64,000 bases of DNA from the NCBI RefSeq assembly GCF_032444005.1, contig NC_091282.1, positions 184,698,001 through 184,762,000 of the forward strand. The letters run 5' to 3'. Source of the stretch: Ranitomeya imitator. Lineage: Eukaryota. Shown here piece after piece: positions 1 to 13,400 of the stretch (its first letter is position 1; each line of letters opens with the position of its first letter). A program made the position numbers and the translations under genes. The notes below the pieces were generated by a model. That model was not told the origin of the DNA and ran no database searches. It saw only the letters and a list, made by a program, of their open reading frames with translations.

Positions 1-120
1 GCCAAATTTTCAATATTTTCATAAACAAACGCAAATTATATCGATTAAAATTTATCACGATCATCAAGTACAACTTGTCACAAAAAAACAATGTCAGAAT
101 CACTGGAATAAGTTGAAGCG
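1..120 (-). mobile_element. Fragment of the piggyBac-like non-autonomous family also seen at 13789-18665
   Basis: Its reverse complement aligns by eye to about 13880-14000 (cgcttcaac...gattctga(g/c)attgtttt..gtgaca..ttgtact). Confidence 0.6.
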
Positions 121-900
121 GAATATCTGAATGTGCTACATCCGGTCTATGTTCCTGCATTTATAAGAGTATCTCTATATAGGAAACTTCCGTTTGTGTA
201 AATTATTATTATATCAAGATCTATTGATTAAAATGTACTTTGTTCATTAGGGAACCCCTTTAACCTCGTCTCGCAAAAAATCTCAACTAGTGAAGTTAAC
301 GTAACAAAATATAGAAGTATGACTGTTACAACTATGAACGAATGAACACAAAACATTATCTAGTTATGCAAATATATGCATAATAAAGTCATATTGTGCA
401 TATACGTGTGTAATGTATATGAGCATGTGTAATATTTTATGCTTCTGTGCATGATTTTTCTATGTAATTGCGTGCATAATGTGGGATTGCATATTACATA
501 TTAGAATGTGCACATTTTCTTATGTTGTACCTAATGTGAGTTTGCATGTCAATGTTCATGTATTTACATGGGTGTTGCCTGATGGTTGGGGTACACAAGT
601 TTTTCACACAGGCCCCGTACTATAGGTTTCCACCTATTCTCTGGAATTAGTAACTAGATCTATGCACTCTCTAATGCATTTTCTTTACACATATATTTTT
701 TTTCTACACTTTCATGTTTGGTGTATTTGCCACAGAAGCTGTTGGTTTGCACACTAAGTGTATCCATACACCACTCGTGCACCTAGTGTATGCCATAAAA
801 CTGTCCTTATGGCATGCACTGGTCCAGTAAACATCTACATATGTTTTTGTAATGCTTGGGAAAGAGTAGACAGCTGCACTTAACACGGTAAAGAAAATAT

Positions 901-2694
901 GTGGTATGCTTTTTAAAAAAACTTAAATGGAGACAATTTTTTCATAGAAACGACGTACAGAGGTGGCAGCAACTGGGCATCTCGGTCGAAGATTTGACTG
1001 ATCTCGATATTCTTACAGAACTTAGTGTGGAGGGTAGTAGAGTTGCGGGTGAGGGTCCTTTCTCTGATCTGAGACCCATCAGTAAGAGGATGCCACCATC
1101 TGGCAATTTTGGGAGTATTGATGTATTTCAAAAATTAGTGACAGACGAAATCAATAATATTGTTCCCAGTTTTGACTCCACCTATCCCAACTTGACTGCC
1201 TTAGAGAGGAAATCCCTGAGTGATCTTAAGAGTAATACTGCTATTGTCATTAAGCATTCCGACAAACGCGGCAATATAGTGATTATTGATCACACTAAGT
1301 ATATTGAGATGTGCATGTCAATTCTATCTGATAGGTCATCCTATGAGGTACTCAGAAATGACCCCACTGAGGGGTATACTTCGGAACTTAGGGATATCCT
1401 GACACGGGCACTGGGATCTAAGCTTGTCTCTCATAATGAATATAATTTCCTTCTACCCAAGTCACCTATGGTATCAACGTTTTATTCCCTACCCAAGATC
1501 CATAAAGGGTTAAATCCCCTCAAAGGGCGCCCAATCGTGTCAGGGGTAGATGCACTGTCCCAGAATTCGAGTGTATACCTTGATAGGGTATTAAGACCCT
1601 TTGTGACAGCTCTGCCCTCGTACATTAGGGACACGAGTGACCTTCTGACAAAACTTGAAGGGGTTTTGGTCGAACCGGATACCATCATAGCCTCCATAGA
1701 CGTGGAGGCACTTTATAGTAGTATTCGTCATCAGGATGGCCTTAGTGCTATGAGGCACTTTTTGAGTAGCAGAGGGATCCAGTGTGGACCACACAATGCA
1801 TTTTTGCTTGAGCTGCTTAATTTTGTGCTTCAGCGGAATTACTTCTTGTTTTGTGGGAGGTACTACCACCAGCTCAGGGGCACTGCGATGGGGAGCCCTT
1901 GTGCCCCCACGTATGCAAACTTGCTCCTGGGCTGGTGGGAGGACAAATTTGTCTTCAAGGACGAGGATGAGACGTGGTGCCCCAGGATTATTTTCTGGGG
2001 CAGGTTCATCGACGACATCCTGGTCCTGTGGAAGGGTGATGTAGGTTCCTTCACGGATTTTGTATCATACCTTAACACTACTCTTGAAGGTCTATTTTTT
2101 ACCTTTGAGGTTGGTGGACAGAGCATCAGCTTCCTGGATGTCCACATTAAACGACAGGAGGATGGCTCTCTAAGTACTACCGTCTTTCGCAAGCCGACAG
2201 CTACCAATAGTCTTTTAAGATGGGAGAGCCACCACCCCTTTCCGCTCAAGAGGGGGATCCCGAAAGGACAGTTCCTGCGTTTACGTAGGAACTGTTCATC
2301 TTTGAGTGATTTTAAGACTAAGTCAGTTGAACTCAAATATCGCTTTAAGGATAGGGGCTATCCGGATGATGTTATCAATTCTGCTTACTGTTCTGCATTA
2401 AGGTCTAATAGAACGACTCTCATGATACCTAAGGCCAAAACAGATTCATCCATTACACGTTTGATCGGGACCTTTGACGACCAGTCAAGAAGGGTGTATG
2501 ATATATTTAAACGACACTGGCAGATTCTCAGATCAGACCCTGAGATTGGGGGGTTTGTATCTTCACAACCGTCAATTACCTACAGTAGAGGGAAGTCCAT
2601 TAAGGATACTATTGTACATAGTCACTTTATACCTCCAGAAAAACAGAGCACCTGCTTGAGCAACAGGTCTACAGGTATATTTAGATGTAGACAC
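901..2694 (+). CDS. Penelope-like element reverse transcriptase, 5' part of an ORF interrupted by the hAT insertion
   Basis: Motifs LPKIHK, GRPIVSG, DVEALYSSI, GTAMGSPCAPTYANL, RFIDDIL, FLDV, VFRKPT and SHHPFPLKRGIP. The listed stop (TAG 2695-2697) is the first 3 nt of the hAT TIR. Confidence 0.93.
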
Positions 2695-3891
2695 TAGGGT
2701 TGAGCGACCTTGACCTTTTTAGAGTCGAGCCGTGTTTCGCGAAACCCGACTATCTTAGAAGTCGAGTCGAGTGGAATCGGCCGATTATCGCGAAAAGTCG
2801 GGTATCGCCCGAAACACGAAACCCAATGCAAGTCAATGGGGGAGCATAGTCGGCAGTGAGTGGAGGCCAGGAAAACACCTACACTGCCCATTTTAATGGC
2901 AAAAACATCCATTCTTGTTAAAGAAGCTTGTCAATCGTAATTTACCTTATAATAATTGGAAGGCATTTGAAATTGGGGGTCATTTGGCTAAAGTTGTGGG
3001 GGGTAGGGCTGGTTCAAGTAATTAGTGGGCCCAGTAAATCTGGACCACGTCACGGCAGTGGAGCAGGGAGAGGTAAGTATTTCAACTTTGCAAGTGCTGT
3101 GATCCTGAGCAAGCAGGGGGGGCCCACTTGTTGGCATTGGCACTGGCACAGGGCCCCTCAAAGTACAGCGGTGTGTTTGCATGGCGGGGGCGCCTCCCAC
3201 CGGCAGCAACACTTTTGCGTACTATGAGAGGCCCTGTGCCAGTGACGTCGCCAACTAGTATTCCTCCCCCCACCTGATGAAGGAACCTGCACTTTCATCT
3301 GCACCTTCCTCTTTGTCCCCGTGTAAGGTGGTATGGTATGCGGGAAGAGGAACCTGACTTTCAGCAGGGTCACAATCTTGCTGTGTAGCGTGCATGGGGA
3401 ATTTTGCGTTATGGGTCAATGTACCAGCAGACTCATCTATCACTGGCTGGGCAATGGGCAGGATGAGGAGGAAACACAGATATAGGCCCAAAGAATAAAG
3501 TTGGCTAAATGCAGTTCAAAATTGGTAACACAGGACTAACCAGGGGGCATTGCAGTGGAGGACAACTGGAATGAGAGGCTGACACAGAGAGTAGGCCCAA
3601 ATCAGTAAGTAGTCGAAATGCAGTTCAAAATTGGCAACCGTAGTAAACAGGCGGCACAGCTTTGTTCAGTGGAGAACAGCAAGGAGTGGCAGACACCGAT
3701 AGTAGGCCCCAACCCAACTAGTAGGCCAAATGCAGTCTAACATTAACAACTACTTAACGAGAGCCTGAAAATGGAATTTCAGGACAGGAAACCAGGAGAA
3801 CAGCAAGGAGTGGCAGACACCGATAGTAGGCCCCAAACCAACTAGTACGCCAAATGCAGTTGTTCCGTTTAACCACAATTTAATGAGAGCC

Positions 3892-4665
3892 TGAAGATAG
3901 AAGTTCAGGAAAGGCAACCTGGAGAACACCTTGGAGTGGAACACACCATCTCTCTACACCCCATACCCAATTTGTAGGCCTAATGCAGCGTAGTTTCCAA
4001 CAACTACTAAACGAGAGCCGGAAGATCGAAGCTCAGGAAAGGCAACCTGGAGAACACCTTGGAGTGGAACACACCATCTCTCTACACCCCATACCCAATT
4101 TGTAGGCCTAATGCAGCGTAGTTTCCAACAACTACTAAACGAGAGCCGGAAGATCGAAGCTCAGGAAAGGCAACCTGGAGAACACCTTGGAGTGGAACAC
4201 ACCATCTCTCTACACCCCATACCCAATTTGTAGGCCTAATGCAGTGTAGTTTCCAAGAACTACTAAACGAGAGCCGGAAGATCGAAGCTCAGGAAAGGCA
4301 ACCTGGAGAACACCTTGGAGTGGAACACACCATCTCTCTACACCCCATACCCAATTTGTAGGCCTAATGCAGTGTAGTTTCCAAGAACTACTAAACGAGA
4401 GCCGGAAGATCGAAGCTCAGGAAAGGCAACCTGGAGAACACCTTGGAGTGGAACACACCATCTCTCTACACCCCATACCCAATTTGTAGGCCTAATGCAG
4501 TGTAGTTTCCAACAACTACTAAACGAGAGCCGGAAGATCGAAGCTCAGGAAAGGCAACCTGGAGAACACCTTGGAGTGGAACACACCATCTCTCTACACC
4601 CCATACCCAATTTGTAGGCCTAATGCAGTGTAGTTTCCAACAACTACTAAACGAGAGCATTAAGA
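3892..4665. repeat. 120-bp tandem repeat (about 6.4 near-identical copies) in the hAT 3' region
   Basis: The unit gaagatcgaagctcaggaaaggcaacctggagaacaccttggagtgg... recurs every 120 nt. Confidence 0.95.
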
Positions 4666-5489
4666 TCGAAGCAATGGCGAGGAAACCTGGGGCACACCTT
4701 GGGGAGGTAGACACCGTTAGTAGGCCCTACCAAAGTTGTACCCCCAATGCAGTTTTAAAATTCCTAGAGGCTGAAAACAAGACTATTGACGCTCAGCTTT
4801 TTTCAAAGGAACACAGCTGAATTGAGTGGCGCAGACAGACACAGGTAGTAGGACTTAACCCAAAAATGTGGCTCACTGCAGCTTAAAAAAGTTACAGGGG
4901 TACACAAGCAGCAGTGCTCTGGGCAGTGGAGGACAATTTCAATAGTGGACCGCAGACAGACTTTGTACACCTACTATTAAAAAAAGGATGCTCTATGCAA
5001 TTAAAAATAGGTTCCAGGGGTCCACGGGCAGCAGTGGTGTGGTCAGTGGACGAGTATTGGAAGGAGGGACCGCAGACAGGCGTAGTAGGCCTAACATAAC
5101 AAAATTAGGCTGTAGACACTGTAAAATTGGTTCCAGGGGTACACGGGCAGCAGTGGTGTGGTCAGCGGAGGAAAATTGGAATTAGGGACTGCAGACAGAC
5201 TTTGTAGGCTGTCCCCTGTGGACCATGCATCCAACACATTAACCCAGTGCGCCGTAATGGACACGTAACTTTTTGTGGACATGCCTACTGGTCCATGCGT
5301 CTCTTGTCAGGTGCACCTTTCTACTGTTTGATTGCCTGAGTGCTATGACAATGCAGACTTTTTCATGCCGGTGGAGGGCTGGGATGGCTTTTCTCGCAAA
5401 AGAAATGTCGACTGGGTAGCTTGAACCGTTGCACAGCGTAGTTCATCTGGGCTTTCTAAATATAAAACAAAGAAAAAAAGGAGGCTACA

Positions 5490-6445
5490 TGCACTTTCAG
5501 CTGGGTTCCAGGGGTACACGGCCAGCATTGGTCTGGTCAGTGGAGAACTATTGGAAGGAGTGACCGCAAACAGGCATCGAAGGCCTAAAATAATAACACA
5601 TGGCTGTAGGCAATTTTAAATTGGTTCCAGGGGTACACGGGCAGCAGTGGCCTGGTCAGTGTAGTAGTAGTAGAAAGAACGGACCGCAGACAGGCATCGA
5701 AGGCCTAAAATAAAAAAATTGGGCTGGCTGTAGGCAATTTTAAATTGGTTCCAGGGGTACACGGGCAGCAGTGGTGTGGTCAGTGGAGGCATATTGTAAG
5801 GAGTGACCGCAGACAGGCATCGAAGGCCTAAAATAATAACACATGGCTGTAGGCAATTTTAAATTGGTTCCAGGGGTACATGGGCAGCAGTGGCCTGGTC
5901 AGTGTAGTAGTAGTAGAAAGAATGGACCGCAGACAGGCATCGAAGGCCTAAAATAAAAAAATTGGGCTGGTTGTAGGCAATTTTAAATTGGTTCCAGGGG
6001 TACACGGGCAGCAGTGGTGTGGTCAGTGGAGGCCTAGTGGAAGGAGTGACCGCAGATAGGCATCGAAGGCCTAAAATAATAACACATGGCTGTAGGCAAT
6101 TTTAAATTGGTTCCAGGGGTACACGGGCAGCAGTGGCCTGGTCAGTGTAGTAGTAGTAGAAAGAATGGACCGCAGACAGGCATCGAAGGCCTAAAATAAA
6201 AAAATTGGGCTGGCTGTAGGCAATTTTAAATTGGTTCCAGGGGTACACGGGCAGCAGTGGTGTGGTCAGTGGAGGCCTAGTGGAAGGAGTGACCGCAGAC
6301 AGGCATCGAAGGCCTAAAATAATAACACATGGCTGTAGGCAATTTTAAATTGGTTCCAGGGGTACACGGGCAGCAGTGGTGTGGTCAGTGGAGGCATAGT
6401 GGAAGGAGTGACCGCAGACAGGCTTCGAAGGCCTAACATAACAAA
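5490..6445. repeat. ~120-bp tandem array with two alternating subtypes (~240-bp higher-order unit) in the hAT 3' region
   Basis: Recurrent ggttccaggggtacacgggcagcagtgg...gaccgcagacaggcatcgaaggcctaaaataa; more diverged copies extend back to about 4900. Confidence 0.92.
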
Positions 6446-6903
6446 AATGTCAATACAATGGTATTGTCAGTGGCAGGCATTGAAGGATGTTAGCGCATAG
6501 ACTAAACATTGGTGGAGCTGTGAGATAATTTTGCAAGTGGTAGAGCACTGTTTGAGCTGGGGGGGGGAACTGTCTTGTGGCCGGCGGTACAGGCCCAGGG
6601 CCCCTCATATTACAACGATGTGTCTGACGTTGGGTGCGCACCACCACCGCCAGAGACACTTTATTGTACTAGGAGGGACCCAGTGGCAGTGCCGTCGACC
6701 AAAAGCAGGCACAACCACCTCTTCAGACAAACAGCACTCTCACGGGTGCTGTCGCCAAGTGTCGATACCACGGCCCCGTGTGGGGAGTTTGGCCATTTAG
6801 TGAGGTGTAAACATGTCGTATGCTGGACAATCAGGTGCAGAAAATTACGAGATTGGAAAAGGCATTCAGAATAGTCCACAGGCAAGACCTTTTCATAGGA
6901 AAG

Positions 6904-9900
6904 CTAGGTGTCAGCCGGGCAAGGTGGGGCAAAAGATTTCGAAATCCAGTTGTGGTTCATTTTAATGAAGGTTAGATCATCTACATTATGGGTAGCCAGA
7001 CGAGTCCTTTTTTCTGTTAGTATTGAACCTGCAGCACTGAATACTCTTTCTGATAGGACACTAGCTGCCGGGCAAGCAAGCTCCTGCAATGCATATTCTG
7101 CCAATTCTGGCCAGGTGTCTAATTTGGATGCCCAGTAATCAAATGGGAATGACGGTTGAGGGAGAACATCGATAAGGGATGAAAAATAGTTTGTAACCAT
7201 ACTGGACAAATGTTGTCTCCTGTCACTTTGAATTGATGCTGCAGTACCTGTCCTGTCTGCGGTCATAGCAAAATCACTCCACAACCTGGTCAGAAAACCC
7301 CTCTGGCCAACGCCACTTCTGATTTCTGCCCCTCTAACTCCTCTGGTCTGCTGGCCCCTGCAGCTCGTGTGAGAACGATCACGGGCGCTGTGTGCAGGGA
7401 ATGCCAGAAGCAAACGGTCAACAAGAGTTGATTGTTTGGTTGCTAATATTAGTTCCAAGTTCTCATGTGGCATTATATTTTGCAATTTGCCTTTATAGCG
7501 AGGATCAAGGAGGCAGGCCAACCAGTAATCGTCATCGTTCATCATTTTAGTTATGCGTGTGTCCCTTTTGAGGATACGTAAGGCATAATCCGCCATGTGG
7601 GCCAAAGTTCCAGTTCTCAAATCTGCGGTTGTGCTTGGTTGAGGGGCAGTTTCAGGCAAATCCACGTCACTTGTGTCCCTCCAAAAACCAGAACCCGGCC
7701 TTGCCGCGCCACCAATTTCCAGTGGCCCCGGAAAAGCTTCCTCATTAAAAATATAATCATCCCCATCATCCTCCTCGTCCTCCTCCTCCTCTTCGCCCGC
7801 TAACTCGTCCTGTACACTGCCCTGGCCAGACAATGGCTGACTGTCATCAAGGCTTTCCTCTTCCTCAGCTGCAGACGCCTGATCCTTTATGTGCGTCAAA
7901 CTTTGCATCAGCAGACGCATTAGGGGGATGCTCATGCTTATTATGGCGTTGTCTGCACTAACCAGCCGTGTGCATTCCTCAAAACACTGAAGGACTTGAC
8001 ACATGTCTTGAATCTTCGACCACTGCACACCTGACAACTCCATGTCTGCCATCCTACTGCCTGCCCGTGTATGTGTATCCTCCCACAAAAAACATAACAG
8101 CCCGCCTCTGTTCGCACAGTCTCTGAAGCATGTGCAGTGTTGAGTTCCACCTTGTTGCAACGTCTATGATTAGGCGATGCTGGGGAAGGTTCAAAGAACG
8201 CTGGTAGGTCTGCATACGGCTGGAGTGTACGGGCGAACGGCGGATATGTGAGCAAAGTCCACGCACTTTGAGGAGCAGGTCGGATAACCCCGGATAACTT
8301 TTCAGGAAGCACTGCACCACCAGGTTTAAGGTGTGAGCCAGGCAAGGAATGTGTTTCAGTTGGGAAAGGGAGATGGCAGCCATGAAATTCCTTCCGTTAT
8401 CACTCACTACCTTGCCTGCCTCAAGATCTACAGTGCCCAGCCACGACTGCGTTTCTTTCTACAAGAACTCGGACAGAACTTCCGCGGTGTGTCTGTTGTC
8501 GCCCAAACACTCATAGCCAATACAGCCTGCTGACGTTTGCCAGAAGCTGCCCCATAATGGGAGACCTGGTGTGCAACAGTGGCAGCTGCGGATGGAGTGG
8601 TTGTGCGACTGCGGTCTGTGGACGAGCTCTCGCTTCTGCAGGAGGACGAAGAGGAGGAGGAGGGGGTGCGAACGGCTACAGCCAACTGTTTCCTAGACCG
8701 TGGGCTAGGCAGAACTGTCCCAAACTTGCTGTCCCCTGTGGACCCTGTATCCACAACATTCACCCAGTGTGCCGTGATGGACACGTAACGTCCCTGGCCA
8801 TGCCTACTGGTCCATGCATCTGTTGTCAGGTGCACCTTTGTGCTCACAGATTGCCTGAGTGCATGGACGATGCGCTCTTTAACATGCTGGTGGAGGGCTG
8901 GGATGGCTTTTCTGGAAAAAAAGTGTCGACTGGGTAGCTCGTAGCGTGGTACAGCGTAGTCCATCAGGACTTTGAAAGCTTCGCTTTCAACTAACCGGTA
9001 GGGCATCATCTCTAACGAGATTAGTCTAGCTATGTGGGCGTTCAAACCCTGTGTACGCGGATGCGAGGCTAAGTACTTCCTTTTTCTAACCATAGTCTCA
9101 TGTAGGGTGAGCTGGACTGGAGAGCTGGAGATCGTGGAACTAGCGGGGGTGCCGGTGGACATGGCAGACTGAGAGACAGTGGGAGATGGTATTGTTGCCG
9201 CCGGTGCCCTAGATGCAGTGTTTCCTACTACGAAACTGGTGATTCCCTGACCCTGACTGCTTTGGCCTGGCAAAGAAACCTGCACAGATACTGCAGGTGG
9301 TGCGGAAAATGGTGGCCCTACACTGCCGGAAGGGATGTTGCGTTGCTGACTAGCTTCATTGGCCGAGGGTGCTACAACCTTAAGGGACGTTTGGTAGTTA
9401 GTCCAGGCTTGCAAATGCATGGTGGTTAAATGTCTATGCATGCAACTTGTATTGAGACTTTTCAGATTCTGTCCTCTGCTTAAGGTAGTTGAACATTTTT
9501 GACAGATGACTTTGCGCTGATCAATTGGATGTTGTTTAAAAAAATGCCAGACTGCACTCTTTCTAGCATCGGATACCTTTTCAGGCATTGCAGACTGAGC
9601 TTTAACCGGATGGCCACGCTGTCCTCCAACAGGTTTTGGCTTTGCCACGCGTTTTGGGCAAGATACGGGCCCGGCAGATGGAACCTGTTGCGATGTTGAT
9701 GCCTGCTGCGGCCCCTCCTCCTCCGCTTCAGAACTGCTGCCGCCTGCACCCTGTTCCCCCAATGGCTGCCAATCGGGGTCAAGAACTGGGTCATCTATTA
9801 CCTCTTCTTGTAGCTCGTGTGCAACTTCGTCTGTGTCACCGTGTCGGTCGGTGGTATAGCGTTCGTGATGGGGCAACATAGTCTCATCAGGGTCTGATTC

Positions 9901-10472
9901 TTGATCATTACCCTGCGAGGGCAATGTTGTGGTCTGAGTCAAAGGACCAGCATAGTAGTCTGGCTGTGGCTGTGCATCAGTGCACTCCATGTCAGATTCA
10001 ACTTGTAATGGGCATGGACTGTTAACTGCTTCACTTTCTAAGCCAGGGACGGTATGTGTAAAGAGCTCCATGGAGTAACCCGTTGTGTCGCCTGCTGCAT
10101 TCTTCTCTGTTGTTGTTTTTGCTGAAGAGGACAAGGAAGCGACTTGTCCCTGACCGTGAACATCCACTAACGACGCGCTGCTTTGACATTTACCAGTTTC
10201 ACGAGAGGAGGCAAAAGAGCTAGAGGCTGAGTCAGCAAGATAAGCCAAAACTTGCTCTTGCTGCTCCGGCTTTAAAAGCGGTTTTCCTACTCCCAGAAAA
10301 GGGAGCGTTCGAGGCCTTGTGTAGCCAGACGACGAACCTGGCTCCACAGCTCCAGACTTAGGTGCAATATTTTTTTCCCACGACCAGCTGATGCTCCACC
10401 ACTACCACTACCCTCATTACCAGCTGACAATGAACGCCCCCGGCCACGACCACTTCCACCAGACTTCCTCAT
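6904..10472 (-). pseudogene. hAT transposase of about 1190 aa (BED finger, DDE core, C-terminal dimerisation domain) with three single-base frameshifts
   Basis: ATG at 10472 (MRKSGGSGRGRGR). BED finger VWHFF..C-x2-C..HLTTMH. Core motifs TTDAWTS, SDNGRNF, CLAHTLNL, TRWNS, LLDPRYK and CPAASVLSERVFSAAG. Joins ORFs 10287-10472, 8428-10347, 8054-8407 and 6904-8160 through shifts near 10370, 8510 and 8090. Confidence 0.92.
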
Positions 10473-10649
10473 TGTTTTAAAAACGTAAACAAACTAACGG
10501 TATTTGTTGCTGTCACACAACTTACACGGTGAGCTGTAACTTCAGTATGATTTAGCTACCCCTTTACAGGTGAGTGAGACCACAACGAAAATCAGGCACA
10601 ATGTTACACACTCTGTTGTTGGTGGCAACAAATGAGAGAGATGCCACAC

Positions 10650-13400
10650 ACGCTGGACTGTCACTGAAGCACAAATGTAAATATTAATCTCCCACTGATT
10701 TTTTTTTTTTTTTTTTTTCAGGGAGACTTTAGGAAAAAAAAATTATAGAATAAAATGATTTTTTCAGGAAGAATTTAGAAACCAAATAAAATAAAATGAT
10801 TTTTTCAGGGAGAATTTAGAAAACAAATAAAACAAAAAAAGGCTTTCTATGGCCCACTGAGTGAGAGATGACGCACACAGGAGTCAGGAGTGGCACACAA
10901 GCCCAGAGGCCAATATTTATCTCCCACTGATTGATGTAGTGATTTTTTCAGGTAGATTTTGGAACCCAAATCAAGCTAAAAAAATTATAGGCTTTCTATG
11001 GCCCACAATTGGAGAGAGAGAGAGAGAGATGGCACACCCAGGAGTCAAGACTGGCACACAAGCAGAAAGGGCAATATTAATCTCCCACTGATTTTTTTTT
11101 TTTTTTTTTTCAGGGAGACTTTAGGAAAAAAAAATAATAGAATAAAATGATTTTTTCAGGAAGAATTTAGAAACCAAATAAAATAAAATGATTTTTTCAG
11201 GGAGAATTTAGAAAACAAATAAAACAAAAAAAGGCTTTCTATGGCCCACTGAGTGAGAGATGACGCACACAGGAGTCAGGAGTGGCACACAAGCCCAGAG
11301 GCCAATATTTATCTCCCACTGATTGATGTAGTGATTTTTTCAGGTAGATTTTGGAACCCAAATCAAGCTAAAAAAATATTAGGCTTTCTATGGCCCACAA
11401 TTGGAGAGAGAGAGAGAGATGGCACACCCAGGAGTCAAGACTGGCACACAAGCAGAAAGGGCAATATTAATCTCCCACTGATTTGTTTTTTTTTTTTTTT
11501 CAGGGAGACTTTAGGAAAAAAAAATAATAGAATAAAATGATTTTTTCAGGAAGAATTTAGAAACCAAATAAAATAAAATGATTTTTTCAGGGAGAATTTA
11601 GAAAACAAATAAAACAAAAAAAGGCTTTCTATGGCCCACTGAGTGAGAGATGACGCACACAGGAGTCAGGAGTGGCACACAAGCCCAGAGGCCAATATTT
11701 ATCTCCCACTGATTGATGTAGTGATTATTTCAGGTAGAATTTAGAACCCAAATCAACCAAAAACATAAATAGGCTTTCTATGGCCCACTATTTGTGAGAG
11801 AGATGGCACGCTCAGGACTGGCACACAAGCCCAGAGGCCAATATTAATCTCCCACTTTTTATTTTTTTTCAGGGAAAATTTATAAACCCAATAAAAAAAT
11901 AATAAATAGGCTTTCTATGGCCCACTATCTGAGAGAGAGAGATGGCACGCTTAGGACTGGCACACAAGCCCAAAGGCCAATATTAATCTCCCTTTTTTTT
12001 TTCAGGGAGAATTTATAAAACAAAAAAAAATAAATAAATAGGCTTTCTATGGCCCACTATTTGTGAGAGAGATGGCACGCTCAGGACTGGCAAACAAGCC
12101 CAGAGGCCAATATTAATCTCCCACTTTTTTTTTTTGTTCCAGGGAAAATTTATAAACCCAATAAAAAAAATAATAAATAGGCTTTCTATGGCCCACTATC
12201 TGAGAGAGAGAGATGGCACGCTTAGGACTGGCACACAAGCCCAAAGGCCAATATTAATCTCCCTTTTTTTTTCAGGGAGAATTTATAAAACCAAAAAAAA
12301 AAAAATAAATAGGCTTTCTATGGCCCACTATTTGTGAGAGAGATGGCACGCTCAGGACTGGCACACAAGCCCAGAGGCCAATATTAATCTCCCACTTTTT
12401 TTTTTTTTGTTCCAGGGAAAATTTATAAACCCAATAAAAAAAAATAATAAATAGGCTTTCTATGGCCCACTATCTGAGAGAGAGAGATGGCACGCTTAGG
12501 ACTGGCACACAAGCCCAAAGGCCAATATTAATCTCCCACTGATTGATTTATTGATTTTTTCAGGTAGAATTTAGAACCCAAATAAAGCAAAAAAAAAAAA
12601 AATGGGCTTTCTATGGCCCACTGAGTGAGTGATGATGCACACAGGAGTCAGGAGTGGCACACAAGCCCTGAGGCCAATATTTTTCTCCCACTGATTGATG
12701 TAGTGATTTTTTCAGGTAGATTTTAGAACCCAAATCAAGCAAAAAAATAAATAGGCTTTCTATGGCCCACTATTTGTGAGAGAGATGGCACGCTCAGGAC
12801 TGGCACACAAGCCCAGAGGCCAATATTAATCTCCCACTTTTTTTTTTTTGTTCCAGGGAAAATTTATAAACCCAATAAAAAAAATAATAAATAGGCTTTC
12901 TATGGCCCACTATCTGAGAGAGAGAGATGGCACGCTTAGGACTGGCACACAAGCCCAAAGGCCAATATTAATCTCCCACTGATTGATTTATTGATTTTTT
13001 CAGGTTGAATTTAGAACCCAAATAAAGCAAAAAAAAAAAAAAAAATGGGCTTTCTATGGCCCACTGAGTGAGTGATGATGCACACAGGAGTCAGGAGTGG
13101 CACACAAGCCCTGAGGCCAATATTTTTCTCCCACTGATTGATGTAGTGATTTTTTCAGGTAGATTTTAGAACCCAAATCAAGCAAAAAAATAAATAGGCT
13201 TTCTATGGCCCACTGACTGAGAGATGGCACACACAGGAGTCAAGAGTGGCACACAAGCCCTGAGGCCAATATTTTTCTCCCACTGATTGATGTAGTGATT
13301 TTTTCAGGTAGATTTTATAACCCAAATCAAGCAAAAAAATAAATAGGCTTTCTATGGCCCACTGAGTGAGAGATGGCACACACAGGGATGGCACTCTAGC
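10650..13400. repeat. Complex tandem array upstream of the hAT transposase, with 120-150-bp subunits and partial ~392-bp higher-order repeats
   Basis: About 17 copies of ggctttctatggccca...atggcac...ggactggcacacaagccc..aggccaatattaatctcccact. Confidence 0.92.

Noticed and set aside
660-900. Possible P2RX1 exon 11/12 or PLE N-terminal extension
   Set aside because: No TM2 or C-terminal P2X motif in any frame, and an in-frame TAA at 889-891 closes the PLE frame.
3274-3300. CTGATGA heptamers here and at about 18697, 23702 and 29393
   Set aside because: No downstream GAAA core or compatible stems; chance matches.
3892-13400. Regularly spaced repeats resembling CRISPR arrays
   Set aside because: Units repeat along their whole length with no unique spacers, there are no cas genes, and the context is a eukaryotic transposon.
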